From Torpedo marmorata (Eukaryota): a stretch of DNA of 64,000 nucleotides. Numbering within the stretch: position 1 is the stretch's first letter; each line of letters starts with the position of its first letter. Location of the stretch: the NCBI GenBank assembly GCA_977017645.1, contig OZ360220.1, positions 128,960,001-129,024,000 of the forward strand, written 5' to 3'. Shown here piece by piece: positions 12,191 to 25,130 of the stretch. Under the pieces are notes generated by a model. That model made no database searches. It was given only the letters and a program-made list of their open reading frames with translations, and was not told the origin of the DNA. The position numbers were made by a program, and so were the translations under genes.

Positions 12191-13342
12191 TGGGAATTGA
12201 TGAATTTAAACAGGGAGATTTTGGAATGCATATCTCTTCAGGTAACACGACAATTAGAGAAGGTGGTAAAAAACAGCATATGGGATAACTGATTTCAAAT
12301 TGACTAAGGATTACAACAATGACTGAGTTAAAGATAAGGTCCACTGTACAATTTACTCACCACACTATCAGTAGATTGGGTACAGAGGATATTTATAACA
12401 ACATTACCAGGGCTGTAGAATTTTTAGTGAGCTTATATAAACTAGGATTCCATTTTCTTTGGAACATAGAAGACTAAAAAAAGATTTAATTGTGCACAAA
12501 ATTATGAGTAGTTTAGATAGGGTAAACAGGAATAACCCATTTCCCCTAATTGAGTGGAGAATGCCGAGGGAACAAACATTTAAGAAATAAAAACAGAAAA
12601 TGTTGAAAATACTCAACAGATCAGGCAGCATCCGCTAACAGGGCAACCAATTTAACATTTCAAGTTGGTTAATTTGCACAGGTGATGGGGAAGGCAGTAG
12701 AAACAGTGATAAAGGCCCGTGAATAACAAAAGGTATGTCAATGGGTGGCAAAGTAGATTTCATATAAAATCTGAAACCTAGAAGAGAGTAAATAAAAACA
12801 TGTTGGCAATGTGAGATACAAGGCTAATTATCTGAAATTGTTAAATTCATTGTTGAATCCTGAAGCCAGTAATGTACCTCGTCGGAAGATGAGGGACTGT
12901 TCCTCAAAATTATGTTGAGCTTTGTGGGAACAGCAGCAAGACTGGTCAGATTGGGAGAAGGATGACAAATTCAAGTGACAAGCAAAGGGACATTTAAGGT
13001 CATCCTTGCAGATTTAATCGCAATGTCTGACAATCTGTGTTTAGTTTCCTCAATGAAGAAGAGACTATGTAGTGCACCCCAATTACAATATATCAATTGA
13101 AAATATTAGAAGTAAACCTCTATTCTATCTGGAAGGAGTCATGGGTTTCCTGGGTGATGGGAAAGAATGTGGTAAAAGAGTAGGTATTGCATCTCCTACG
13201 ATTGCCCGGGAATTTATTGCAAGAAGGGAAGTGGGTTTGGTGAAAATGGAAAAAGGACCAGAGTGTCACAGGGGAATAGTTCCTCTACAATGGTGATGGA
13301 AGAGATGGGGGTGGGTGGGGTGTGGGAAGGGAAGAGGATTCA

Positions 13343-13394
13343 GGGGGCAGCATCCAATTGGAGGCATCTGGGGGCAGCATCCAATTGGAGGCAT
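13343..13394. repeat. Tandem duplication, period 27
   Basis: GGGGGCAGCATCCAATTGGAGGCAT occurs twice. Confidence 0.85.
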
Positions 13395-13611
13395 ATGGAT
13401 GATGTGGGGGCTGATGGGCTTGACGATAAGGGCAAGTAGATTCCTATCCTTGTTCAGGATGGGAAGAAATGGCAGCAGTGCAGGAGGTCAAACAAGTGCA
13501 TTTGGGAGCCCTGGCAACTATAGGAGGGGTGGGGAAACCACAGTTAAGGAAAATTGAGGCACATCAGAAGCACTGGCATTGAGGGTGGCAATGAGATCGG
13601 AGAAAGGAATG

Positions 13612-16600
13612 GAGAAAATGGTGCCGACGGCAAGCGGCGACTTTCTGCGGGCTGCAGAAAAAATCCACGAAAACACGCTGTGCAAGATCTATACTCACCC
13701 CAGCAGCTGCTCTCACTACAATAGGCTGCAGGAGTTTTTTTTCTCAATGAACAACTGCTACATATTGTTACATCTCCAAATCTCCAGAGCAGAGCAGAAC
13801 CGAATGGCTGCAAAGCAGGGGCCTTAAAGGGACAGGCCACCACCAAGGTCGAGGTCGGAAACGTGGAGTGAGGGCCGGGATTCAAACAAGGCTGAAGCGC
13901 AGGGGTCTGAGACCTCCCCTACCGTCCATATTATTGGCAAATGTCCAGTCACTGGAGAATAAAATCGACGCCCTGAGGGCAAGGCTACTCTACCAGAGAC
14001 AAGTAAGACAAATCTCAGTTGTTTGCTGCACCGAGACCTGGCTAACAGAGAACACACCAGACACCGCTATCCAACCAGACGGTTTCACCATCCATAGACT
14101 GGACCGGAACTCGGATTCTGTAAAAGGGAGAGGAGGCGGTGTGTGCTTTTTCGTTAATACAGGGTGGTGCACAGACATTGAAGTTATGTCGACCTCCTGC
14201 TCTACTGCCTTAGAGTAAATCTCCATTAAATGCAGACCCTTCTATCTTACCACGTGAGTTCTTATCTGTGATTCTCACTGGAGCTTACATCCCTCCCGAT
14301 GCCGATTACAAGCAGGCACTCGTGGAGCTGCATGATGTGGTCAGTAAACAAGAGATGGCCCAGCCCGACGCACTACAAATCTTAGTCGGCGACTTTAACC
14401 AGGCCTGTGTCAAGAAAACCCTGCCGAACTACCACCAGCATGTAACCTGCTGTACCAGAGGTCCCAGCACACTTGATCACTGCTACACTAAGATAAGGAA
14501 GGCCTACTGTTCTTTCCCGAGACTGCACTTTGGCAAGTCTGATCACCTGGCTGTGCTCCTTCTGCCTTCATATAGACAGAGCCTAAAGAGAGAGGCTCCG
14601 GGTCAGGACAGCTAGGAAGTGGTCGCAGGAGGCTGAAGAACGGTTACAGAACTTCCTCGAGTCAGCGGATTGGGCGGTGTTCAAGAACTCTGCCGAGAAT
14701 CTGAACGAGTACACCGAGGCTGTCACACACTTTATCAAAACAGCTGTGGATGAGTGTGTCCCCACCAAATCATTCAGGGTGTTCCCCAACCAGAAGCCCT
14801 GGATGAACAGAGAAATCCGGAACCTGCTGAGAGCCAGATCGCAGGCATTTAAGTCTGGAGATCCAGATTAGTACTGCAGGAGCAGGTATGACCTCCGGAA
14901 GGCTATCTCCCGGGCGAAGTGGAGATTCCGGATGAAAATGGAAACAATAAGGGACACCCAACAGCTGTGGCAGGGTCTGAATGCCATAACCTGTTACAAA
15001 ACCAAATCCGGCAAAGTAGGTGACGGCAAAGCTTCTCTCCCAGAGGAACTCAATGCCTTCTACGCCCAATTTGACGTCAGTAACGGCAAAGAACCACCCC
15101 TCCGCACCCCCACGTCCCCTGATGATCCCATCCTGTCCGTATCTGAGGATGAAGTGCGTGCTGCCTTCAGGAGAGTGAATCTGAGGAAAGCATCCGGCCC
15201 GGATGGAGTACCTGGCCGAGTATTAAAGATCTGTGCTGATCAACTTACCAAGGTATTTACGGATATCTTCAATATCTCACTCCAGCAGGGCGTGGTACCC
15301 ACCTATTTCAAACAGGCGTCAATCATACCGGTGCCCAAGAAGAGTGCAGTAACCTGCCTTAACGACTATTGACCAGTAGTACTTACATCAAAAGTGATGA
15401 AGTGTTTTGAAAGACTGGTGATGAAGCATATCAGCTCCTGTCTGACCGGTGACATGGATCTACTCCAGTTTGCCTATCGCGGCAAGAGGTCTACGGCACA
15501 TGCCATCTCACTGGCCCGACACTAAGCCCTGGAGCACCTGGACAGCAAAGATGCACACATAGGATGTTCTTTATCGACTACAGTTCGGCAATTAACACCA
15601 TCATCCCCTCAAAACTGATCAGCAAACTCCAAGGCCTGGGAGTTAACACCCCACTGCATAATTGGATTTCCTCACCTCCAGACCACAATCAGTGAAGATT
15701 GGTAAGAACTTCTCCTCCACAATCTCCATCAGTATCGGAACACCACAGGGCTGTGTTCTTAGCCCCCTGCTCTACTCACTTTACACCTACGACTATGTAG
15801 CTCGGTATGACAACACCACCATCTACAAATTTGCTGACAATACCACGGTAGTAGGTTGTATAAAGGAATGAGATGAGTCAGCATACAGGATGGAGATTGA
15901 AAACCTGACTGAATGGTGCACCAAAAACAACCTTGCACTCAATGTCACCAAAACTAAGGAGCTGATTGTTGACTTCAGGAAAGGAAAGCCAGAGGTATAC
16001 AATCCAGTGACAATTGGGGGATCAGGGGTGGAGAGGGTGAGCAAATTTAGGTTCTTGGGAGTCACTATCTCAGAGGGTCTTTCCTGGACCCAACACACCA
16101 ATGGCATCGTGAAGAAAGCATGTCAGCGCCTCTACTTCCTCAGGAGCTTGCAGAGGTTTGGTATGACACCAGAAACCCTGGCAAATTTCTACAGATGTGT
16201 GGTGGAAAGTATGCTGACCGGCTGCATCACGGTCTGGTATGGGAACACCAATGCCCCTGAGCGTAAAGCCCTCCAAAAGGTAGTGGACACAACCCAAGAC
16301 TTTACTGACAAAACCCTCCCCACTATTGAGTACATCTACAGGGAACGCTGCCGTCGGAGGGCAGCAGCAATCATCAAAGACCCACACCACCCAGCGCACG
16401 CTCTGTTCTCGCTGTTGCCATCAGGAGAAGAGGTATAGGTGCTACAAGACTCGCACCACCAGGTTTAGGAACAGCTGCTACCCCTCTATCATCAGAATCC
16501 TCAATGACAAAGTCAAATCAGAGACTCATTTAAGGACTTACTCGTGCACTTTATTGATTTTTCTTTGCTCTCTGTATTGCACAGTCAGTTCCATTTTCAG

Positions 16601-16762
16601 TTTCATTCGTTACCTGTTAGCAGTTCTTTTGATTGTTTACGCTGTGTACAGTTTACTTTTGCACTACCAATTAGTGGTAATTCTGCTGCGCCCGCAGGAA
16701 AAAGAATCTCAGGGTTGTATGTGACATCATGTATGTACTCTGACAATAAATCTGAAATCTGA
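13612..16762 (+). mobile_element. Near full-length Rex1/Babar non-LTR retrotransposon, degenerate
   Basis: APE motifs (LPSILLANVQSLENK, GDFN, TLDHCY, SDH) and RT motifs ([23 protein letters not shown]) over broken ORFs; 3' AATAAATCTGAAATCTGA tail. Confidence 0.9.
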
Positions 16763-17110
16763 CTTACAATTCATGAAGGTAGCTGTGGGAGTTCATAAAC
16801 TCACAATAAATACTGCCAGTTAACTTTTCCCTGAAATGGAGATAGAGAAGCAAAGAATCAGAGATAAACCAGGTGGTGCAGAATGATTAAACTTGACTTT
16901 AAGAAACTTTGTGGAAGGATTAGAGAGAGAAATTCTTTTTTCCCAACCCAAAGAGCAGTGGGGCTATGAAAGGTAAAGAGCAAACCCTAATCACATTTAA
17001 AAAACCTGCCTGAGCACTGGAAGAACAATAGGCCATATGACTTCAGCTTATGATCTGGGAAATAGGAATAATATAATCCTTTCTGAGCCAGCATGGATAC
17101 AGTGGAGTGA

Positions 17111-18592
17111 TTGGCACCAGGCCCTGACGGCGTACCTGGCAGGGTACTGAAAATCTGTGCCAACCAACTAGCAGGAGTGTTCCTGGACATTTGCAACCTC
17201 TCGTTGCGGCAGTCAGAGGTTCCCAGCTGCTTCAAAAGGGCATCAATCATCCCGGTACCCAAGAAGAGTAGTGTGAGCTGCCTCAACGACTACCCCCCAG
17301 TAGCACTAACTTCTACTGTGATGAAATGCTTTGAGAGGCTGGTCATGGCCAGAATTAACACCTAAGCAAAGATCTGGACCCACTGTAATTCGTCTATCGT
17401 CACAATTGCTCCACAGCAGATGCAATATCGCTGGCTCTCCACTCAGCTCTGGATCACCTCGAAAACAGCAATTCATACATACAGCTGCTCTTCATCGACT
17501 ACAGCTCGACCTTCAATACCATTATTCCCTCAGTGCTGGTCAAGAAGCTACAAACTCTAGGCCTCTGTACCCCCCTCTGCAACTGGATCCTTGACTTTCT
17601 CAACAGAAGACCACAGTCAGTACGAATTGGAAACAACGTCTCCTCCTCACTTACTATCAACACAGGCACACCCCAAGGATGCGTGCTTAGCCCATTGCTC
17701 TACTCGTTATACACCCATGACTGTGTGGCCAGGCACAATTCCAATGCCATCTACAAGTTTGCCGATGACACAACAGTTGTCGGCAGAATCACAAACGGCA
17801 ATGAGGAAGCATACAGGAGGGTGATAGATCAGCTCATTGAATGGTGTAACGACAACAACCTTGCGCTCAACGTCAGCAAAACCAAGGAGATGATTGTGGA
17901 CTTCAGGAGGAAGTCAGGGGGACATGACCCAGTCCTCATCGAGGGCTCAGTCGTGGAGAGGGTCAAGAACTTCAAATTCCTGGGTGTCAACATCTCCGAG
18001 GATCTGTCCTGGAGCCTCCACGTTGATGCAATCACAAAGAAGGCTCGGCAGCGGCTATACTTTGTGAGGTGTCTGCGGAGATTCGGTATGTCACCGAAGA
18101 CTCTCGTAAACTTCTACAGGTGTACCGTGGAGAGCATTCTGGCTGGTTGCATCACTGCCTGGTATGGAGGCGCCAACTCTCAGGACAAGAGTAAACTCCA
18201 GAGGGTTGTTAACTCAGCCTGTGACATCACAGGCACCAGACTTCACTCCATCGAGGACATCTACACGAGGTGGTCTCTTAAAAAAGCAGCCTCTATCCTC
18301 AAAGACCCCCACCACCTAGGCCATGCTCTCTTCACTCTGCTACCATCGGGAAAAAGGTACAAGAGCCTAAAGACGAGCACTCAACGGCACAAGGACAGCT
18401 GCTTCCCCGCTGCCATCAGATTCCTGAATAGTCAATGAACCAAAGACACTGCCTTATTTTTTCGTGCACTGTTATTTATATATATTTTTTATAGTAATGT
18501 CTTAAGATGGTTATAATATGATTGTTTGCACTATGATGCTGCCGCAAAACACCGAATTTCATGACTTGTTCATGACAATAAATTCTGATTCT
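17111..18592 (+). mobile_element. 5'-truncated Rex1/Babar LINE, second subfamily
   Basis: [11 protein letters not shown]; 301-aa RT C-terminal ORF 17533-18438 with PQGCVLSP and FADD; tail AATAAATTCTGATTCT. Confidence 0.9.
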
Positions 18593-18629
18593 ATGCTATA
18601 AATTTCTATAATAATGTATGTGTCGAAGA

Positions 18630-18965
18630 CCATGGTATGGTGAGGCAGCAGGTAGAGCTGCTGGCTCGCAGCTCCAGCAATCCAAGTTCGATTGCGGCCT
18701 CTGGCACTGTGTGAATGTGGGAATTGCAGGCTCACCAGTGACCCTGTGGGTATCCTCTGGGTTCTCCGATTTCCTCTCACATCCTACTGATGTATGGGTT
18801 GGTAGGTTAATTGGCCACTATAAATTTCCCCTAGCATATAGTTGAGTTGTAGAATCTTAGGAATTGCTGGGAATGTGGGAAGAATAAAGAAAATGGGATT
18901 AGTATAAATGGTCAGCATGGTCTTGATGGGCCAAGAGTCCTGTTTCCATGCTGTATCACTCTCTG
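18630..18965 (+). mobile_element. tRNA-derived SINE (V-SINE/HE1-like)
   Basis: tRNA-like head (gttcgatt B-box), V-domain-like gtgggtatcctctgggttctccgatttcctctcacatcc, CR1-like tail. Confidence 0.65.
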
Positions 18966-19309
18966 GCTCTATGATATGGTGCAGTCCAAGGTTTTGATAA
19001 ATCACACAGTTCATAAGATGAATATATACCATTTCAATTCTATCTGTATGACTTCCTTTTACAATGCATACTGAAATTATACAACAGAGTGCAAAGATCA
19101 AAGTGGAAGGGAAAATCTACATGGCTTTGGAAAAGAGATAATGAAAATCAATTAACTCTTTCACAAAACCAGCAGAACAACTTCCTTTTGCGCTCTAAAA
19201 TCCTATGAGGAAAGGCCATTCCTTGTGAGCCATGCACAGGGCTGGTTATCAAATACCATAACAAAGATGTAGCGTTGACTATATATACTCATATATAAAT
19301 CTTTTATAT

Positions 19310-21045
19310 CTGCAACAGAAACAGAGAATGCTAGAAGCACTTAGCTGGTCAGGCAGCATCAGTTGGGAGAAAATATAGTTGGCATTTTGGGTCAAGGATT
19401 CTTCATCAGAACTGGAATATTGAGAAAATGATTGTTTCAAGTTGCTGAGAGGAGAGGTAGAGAATAAAGGGAATGTCTGTAGTAGGGTAACTGTGATAAG
19501 TTGTGTCTGTGATAACATCTGTGTCAAGTTACCAAGATGATAGTTACTTTAAAAATCTGTTGCTGGAACAAAATGATAGAGAGAAATTGAAATGTAAGAA
19601 AATTAATCAAAGGTAAAGCCACATCTGCAAAAAATAGTTATAAGTTATAAACACAATATTAAGACCCGAGAGTGGTAACATGAAAGGTGACACTTCTGGC
19701 TGTGTTTATGGTTGGCGGCTCAGAAAGGATTATATTACAGTATATTCAAGCTTACATTGAACATTGTTGGAGCAATACAGAAGGCCAAAGGAAGAGGTCA
19801 GAATGAGATTGGGATTAAAGTAACAGGTGATCAGAGGTCAATTACCCTGGTGAACAGAATGCATTATGTTCACCCAATCTACATTTGGTTTTTCCACCAA
19901 TGTAGAGATCACACCATGAGCACCAAATGCAAAACGCAACTTGGGAAGACGTGTACTGTATATACGAGTGTAATAGTCAAATTTTGTGGAACAATTTTTA
20001 GGGTAAAATTTAAGGGGTCGACTATTAAACGCATATTACTTTTGACTACGCCAAGTACCTGCGTGGTGCAAGGTGTCAGGAGCTCGGATGGACGGGCGGG
20101 CGGCTGGGACCGGATGGTAAGTCTGCATTCGGGGTGTCAGGATCTCGGATGGGGGGCGGCCGAGGCGTCGGGAGCTCCGTGGGCGGGCAGCCTGGGCCTA
20201 GGCGAGAGTCCGCGGTCGGGCATCGGGAGGTCCGGAGGGCGGGCGACTGGGGCCAAAAATATGGGGTCGACTTTTACACGCGATATATGGAAAATACCAG
20301 ATTTTTGGGCCAAAAATAGGGGGTCAACTTTTACACGGTATCAACTATTACACGCGTATATACAGTAAGTGAGCTGCTTTCTCACCTACAAGGGCAGTTG
20401 CATGAGAATATGATGCAAGGGAGCGATGAGTGGAGATGGAGGAGTGGACCAGGGAGGGCATAGTCCCCTCTGAACAGTATCCTCCCAGCCAGAAAAAGGC
20501 TACGGTTTCCTTGCCCACAACCAGTGAAGCAATAATTCATTTGCACCTCTTATTTCTTGTAGAAACCAAAGGCAATTGGGGACTACTTTGGAGGACAGTC
20601 TGTGAGTGATCCCAAGCTTCCAATCACCCCTCACTTTAATTCTCCATCACACTCCCACCATGGCCTCTGTTTTTGGTCCCCTACGCTTTTCAACAATCCC
20701 TAACAGAATCTCAATTATTGACATGGCATGATACAACCCTCAAGACTTAACATTGAGTTTTATAACTTCAACTAAACCTATTTTTGTCACAAATGCAGCA
20801 GTACCTTCATCTCAATTTACCTCTGGAAATCTTTGTTTCAACTGCTGGTTTTTAAATTGTTACCTTAGCAACTTTGGTCTGCGCCTATCACAGAAGTTTC
20901 CCGTTTTCTCTCCACCTCTGTCTCTGCAACTTGAAACAAGTTTGTCTTCTCACGTTTCCAGTTCTGATGAAGGGTCCCCACAACATTGATTGCCTCTCCC
21001 CGTTGACGCTTCTTGACTTGAGCTTTTCCAGCATTCTGTCTGTGC
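19310..21045. mobile_element. Fold-back Penelope-like relic with inverted arms
   Basis: ~19315-19480 is an imperfect inverted copy of ~20890-21045; degraded GIY-YIG-like segments in opposite orientations (~19725-19950, ~20530-20770). Confidence 0.55.
19956..20365. mobile_element. TcMar (Tc2/pogo-like) non-autonomous element with a GC-rich core
   Basis: TIRs CTGTATATACGAGTGTAATAGT / ACTATTACACGCGTATATACAG; TA flanks; internal repeats GGGGTCGACT/GGGGTCAACT. Confidence 0.8.
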
Positions 21046-21091
21046 GCCCGATTTCGAGCTTCTGAGAGTTTTGTGCTTCTCTGCTATTTAC

Positions 21092-21616
21092 CTGCGGCAC
21101 GATGTTGCTGAGGAAGAAAGTATCATCCATGCACTTCTGGCTGTGTTTATGGTTGGCGGCTGCTGCCAGGTGACCCCGGTCGAAACCGCTCCCTTTGTAG
21201 TCGCCGTTCTGCGCTCGGTGGTATTCGTGTACAGACTCGTCCTCCCTGAATTCACTTCGACTGCGGTCGGAGCAGCACTGGCCGAGCCTGGCCTTGTCCA
21301 AGTGCTCCAGCACCCACAGGGCGTTCCTGGTGCGTGGGTCATAGGCCAACACGTATGATTCGCGGGTCTTGATGTGGGACAGAGACGGGAAACCGAATTT
21401 CAGGATCTCGTTCGTCGTGCCGAGGGTGAGCTGAGCCGGCCTGATCGGCACCAAGGACCCATTGCCAATGGCATCCGCCGTCACGGACGGGATCGGAATC
21501 ACAGGGAAACGCGGAGCGTCTTGGTGCCGGTGGGATCCGTACCCGATCCCCAGCCCGGCTCCCGCAGCCAAGGAGACTCCAGCCAAAAGCCACCGCGAGG
21601 TCAGGAGACGGCGCAT
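21092..21616 (-). CDS. ENDOG: Endonuclease G, exon 1 (175 codons; mitochondrial presequence and catalytic DRGH)
   Basis: MRRLLTSRWLLAG... Arg-rich leader; RESYVLAYDPRTRNALWVLEHL; GSGFDRGHLAAAANH; FFLSNIVPQ|gtaaat donor. Confidence 0.96.
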
Positions 21617-21684
21617 TCTGGAACGTTCTTACTGACGCAGAAACAAGCTGCTTTTGCTGTCAATGGAACGTCGTCTCTTGGACA

Positions 21685-21745
21685 CGACCTCGCGCGTGCG
21701 CAGCAGCCAATCATATTCCTGGCGCGAGGACGTGACGCCTGTTCA
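21685..21745 (-). promoter_or_regulatory. ENDOG CpG-island promoter with NRF1, CCAAT and CRE-like sites
   Basis: TGCGCACGCGCG (21691-21702, minus) matches the NRF1 consensus YGCGCAYGCGCR; AGCCAATCA 21705-21713; GACGTGACG ~21729-21737; CpG-rich surroundings. Confidence 0.65.
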
Positions 21746-22114
21746 TCCCGCCTCGAAGGGTTGACTCCCCATGGATGCTGTCTGAACCGCTGAGTCCCTC
21801 CAGTGTTCGCTCAATAATCCAAACTGTGCAGTTTTTGTGTTATCCTACTTTTCGCCTATCAAATCAAATTATTATTTTAAAAAAACTGGGAAGATGGTTT
21901 GTGACATGCTCATTTCGGATTATTACCCGAATCATTCATTACAACCTATCGAAGTTTAGAAGTGATTGATTTCTCGGCATCTGGGCGTTGCTGACAAGGC
22001 CAATAATTATTCTCGTGAACCCCTTGAGACGAGTTATCATAGTTTTCCTTTCCGCAGGTGCTGTGTGTTTTCGTCACCCTCATCTTCCCAGTGCTAAATT
22101 TACCCTACATTCTT

Positions 22115-23504
22115 CTTTTAAAATATTTTATTTAAATTTTTAAATCACAAAATACATAAGATAAAATATAAAATTATCAAAATACATGTGATACATTTTC
22201 ACCCCCCCTCCTTCCCTCCCCTCCCTAACCCTCCCACCCCTTCTAATCTACTAAAATAAAAATATTTTAAAAAAGTAAAAATAGAAAAAAGAAAAGGATA
22301 GAGTAAGGGGAATGCCATCTATAAACTAATTCTATTGTGGAGGTCAAGCATGCCAGTAGATCCGATATCCAGAGATCATCAAATCCTTAAACCCACAGCT
22401 CTCATATATGGGCTCCAAATTTTTAAGAAAAAATTATATTTATTACGTAAATTATAGGTAATTTTTTCAAGTGGTATACACGAACGAAGTTCTGCATGCC
22501 ATCTTTCTAATCCTAAATCTAAATCAGATTTCCAAGTAATAGCAATGCATTTTTTTAAAACAGCTAAAGCAATTCGTAAAAATTCTACTTGATACATATT
22601 TAATTTCTTCTTAATGCTAAACTTTCTAATATCTCCAAACAAAAATATCATAGGATCCATTGGAAATGTAATCTTAAATACTTTATCTAAAAATTTTTTA
22701 ACTTTCAACCAAAAATCATAAACTTTTGGACAAAACCATGTAGAATGTACAAAGGAACCTTCCTCTTTATTACATCTAAAACATAAACCTGATAATGTCA
22801 GATTAAATTTCTTTAATTTTTTTAGGTGTTAAATATAATTGATGAAAAAAATTATATTGTACTAGTCTATATCTAACATTAATAATCTTCGTCATACTTA
22901 ATTTACATAATTCTTTCCAGTGATTTTCATCTATTACATTCAAATCTAGTTCCCATTTTAATCTTGATTTATGCAAACCTACTTTAGGCATTTTCCTCTG
23001 AAACAATTTATACATTTGAGAAATAAATTTATTAACATCTCCATTAGTAACTAATAATTCTAATTCATTTTGTCTTAGTAAAATCAAAGCATAACCTAAT
23101 TTCTCAATCAAAAAAGCTCTAATTTGATAATAAGCAAAAAGTGTATTATCTAATATATTAAATTTATCTTACATTCTTTGAAACGTAATAAATTTCCCAG
23201 CTTCAAAACAATCATTAATCTTCTTAATTCCTTTTTGAAATCAAATTTTAAATAATTGATTATTAATAGTAAATGGAATAAGTCCATTTTGATATAAAGG
23301 CATCTTTGAAGAAATCAATCCTTTTCCTCCTATTTCCTTGTCTGTCTTATTCCATATTTCTAACAGATGTTTAAAAATAGGCGAATTTTTCTTTTTTGTT
23401 AATATTAATTTAGAATCCCATTTATAAATAATTTCTTCTTTGGAATCATCACCTATATTATTTAATTCTATTTTAATCCAAGCAGGAAATTTAGTTGAAT
23501 CAAA
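22115..23504 (-). mobile_element. 5'-truncated L1, same family as 50905-56800
   Basis: ORF2 C-terminal peptides similar to 55208-56506; AATAAA at 22127-22132 (minus); direct repeat AAATTTACCCTACATTCTT at 22096-22114 and 23505-23523. Confidence 0.9.
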
Positions 23505-23581
23505 AAATTTACCCTACATTCTTGACCCTGAGTTGTCTGGAGATGGAGAATGATCACTTGAAGATCTAATCCTGGGAATAA

Positions 23582-23712
23582 TGAAGAACTGGTTCAGAAT
23601 GGTCATCTAGAATTGGCGAAGAACTGGTTCAGGATAGTCATCTGGGGATGGCGAAGAACTAGTTCAGGATAGTCATCTGGGGGATGGCAAAAAACTGGTT
23701 CAGGATGGTCAT
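23582..23712. repeat. Minisatellite, ~35-bp unit x ~4
   Basis: GAAGAACTGGTTCAGGATAGTCATCTGGGGATGGC variants in tandem. Confidence 0.85.
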
Positions 23713-24279
23713 AAATGAAGGTCATGGGAATGATGAAGGATGTCTTGCATTGGTTTGAAGAACGTCCTCGTCCTTCGTTTATAGTTACCTGACTTTGTAA
23801 GATCAACAAACTCTGCAGCAGCTGTCTAGTAATATATTACAATTTTGATTGGCTAATTTTAACAAAAAAAAAACCACAATTACCGGACTAGATTATTCAA
23901 CTAGTCTTGATCGTGACCACTCTTGCAGTTACTTCTCTGATGATGCAGTGTCAAATGCGAGTCCATAGAGATAATATCGGCAGAAATTATAATGGAGAAG
24001 GTTTTAAAGAGTGAAAACTCCGTTAATCCGGTATACCCTGGACGGGTGATGTCTACCCTGGTGATATTGGGCCAGCCAATTTTCCACACCACTGGATTAA
24101 TAATCGAACACATATTTAAGTAACTGTGTTTTAGATGTGGAATGGAAAAATACGTTTTCCCGTGAACTTGGTCAATTTAAAAGGAGCAAAAACAGTATGC
24201 TGGGGTAACTCAGCCAGTCAAGCAGCATCTGATGAGGGGAGGTTTCAGTCGAAATCCTTCATCAAGGACCCATTAAATT

Positions 24280-25130
24280 TAAGGGAATGTGGGATATAGA
24301 ATCAAGTGAGTTTCAAGGGATGTCAGAGGTCCCCGTTCTTGGCCTTCAATATTTTTTTCTAGATTGGCTACCATACAGAATAAGGTGAGAAAGTGAGCCA
24401 TAAAGAGGCAGTCTCCCTCAGGATTAAGTGAGTGGGCAAGGTGGTGGCAGTTGCAATATAAACTATGTATCATGATGTGGTGAATTTTGGTAGGAAAAGA
24501 GGAAAACTATTTTTAGGATCACTGAGAAATTAATAAATGTGATTAACAAAGAGATCTTGATATTTGTGAAATGTAGAAAATAAACATGCAGGTACAATCA
24601 AATAGCAAGAATAAATCAAAAGTATATTCTCATGAAGGTTGAACAAGGCCTCAAATTGGTTACACCACATGTGGAGTATTGTACATAGCCTTTTTACTCC
24701 ACCCGAAAATAAGTGATAGTTACATTGATGACACTACAGAGTAGAAACACTAGTTTGATTACTGGGATAAGGAGTTTGTCCTATGAGGAGAGATCAGGTA
24801 AAAGTGGCCTATACTCACTGAAGGACAGGAGCTGAGTCATAATCTCACTAAAATCAACAAAGAACAAACATTGATAGGACAGATGAAGAGTCATATTTCT
24901 TCCAGATACAATGGGAGACAGTCTCAAGATGATACGAAAATTTTCATAATGAAGAAGATGTAAATTTGAGTAATTTTGTTATCTCAGAAGGCTGTTTTTG
25001 AGTTTATTCAATGCTAAGATAAATGGACTTGCCCATCAGAGGATATGGGGATAAGACAGGAAAGTGGACTTGAAGCCACTTTTAATTTTACTGAATGGTG
25101 AAGCAGGTATGGCATACTCGTGCTTCTATT
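24280..25130 (+). mobile_element. Old CR1 LINE remnant
   Basis: Degenerate RT/3' motifs (gagtgggcaaggtggtggcag, ccacatgtggagtattgt, ttgtcctatgaggagaga). Confidence 0.55.

Noticed and set aside
19712-20368. 218-aa ORF
   Set aside because: TTG start; runs across Penelope debris and a MITE; chimeric.
20888-21091. C-terminal part of the 242-aa ENDOG ORF
   Set aside because: Read-through past the exon-1 donor into intronic repeat sequence.
23582-23712. ~35-bp repeats resembling a CRISPR array
   Set aside because: Units are contiguous with no unique spacers, there are no cas genes, and the context is eukaryotic; it is a minisatellite.
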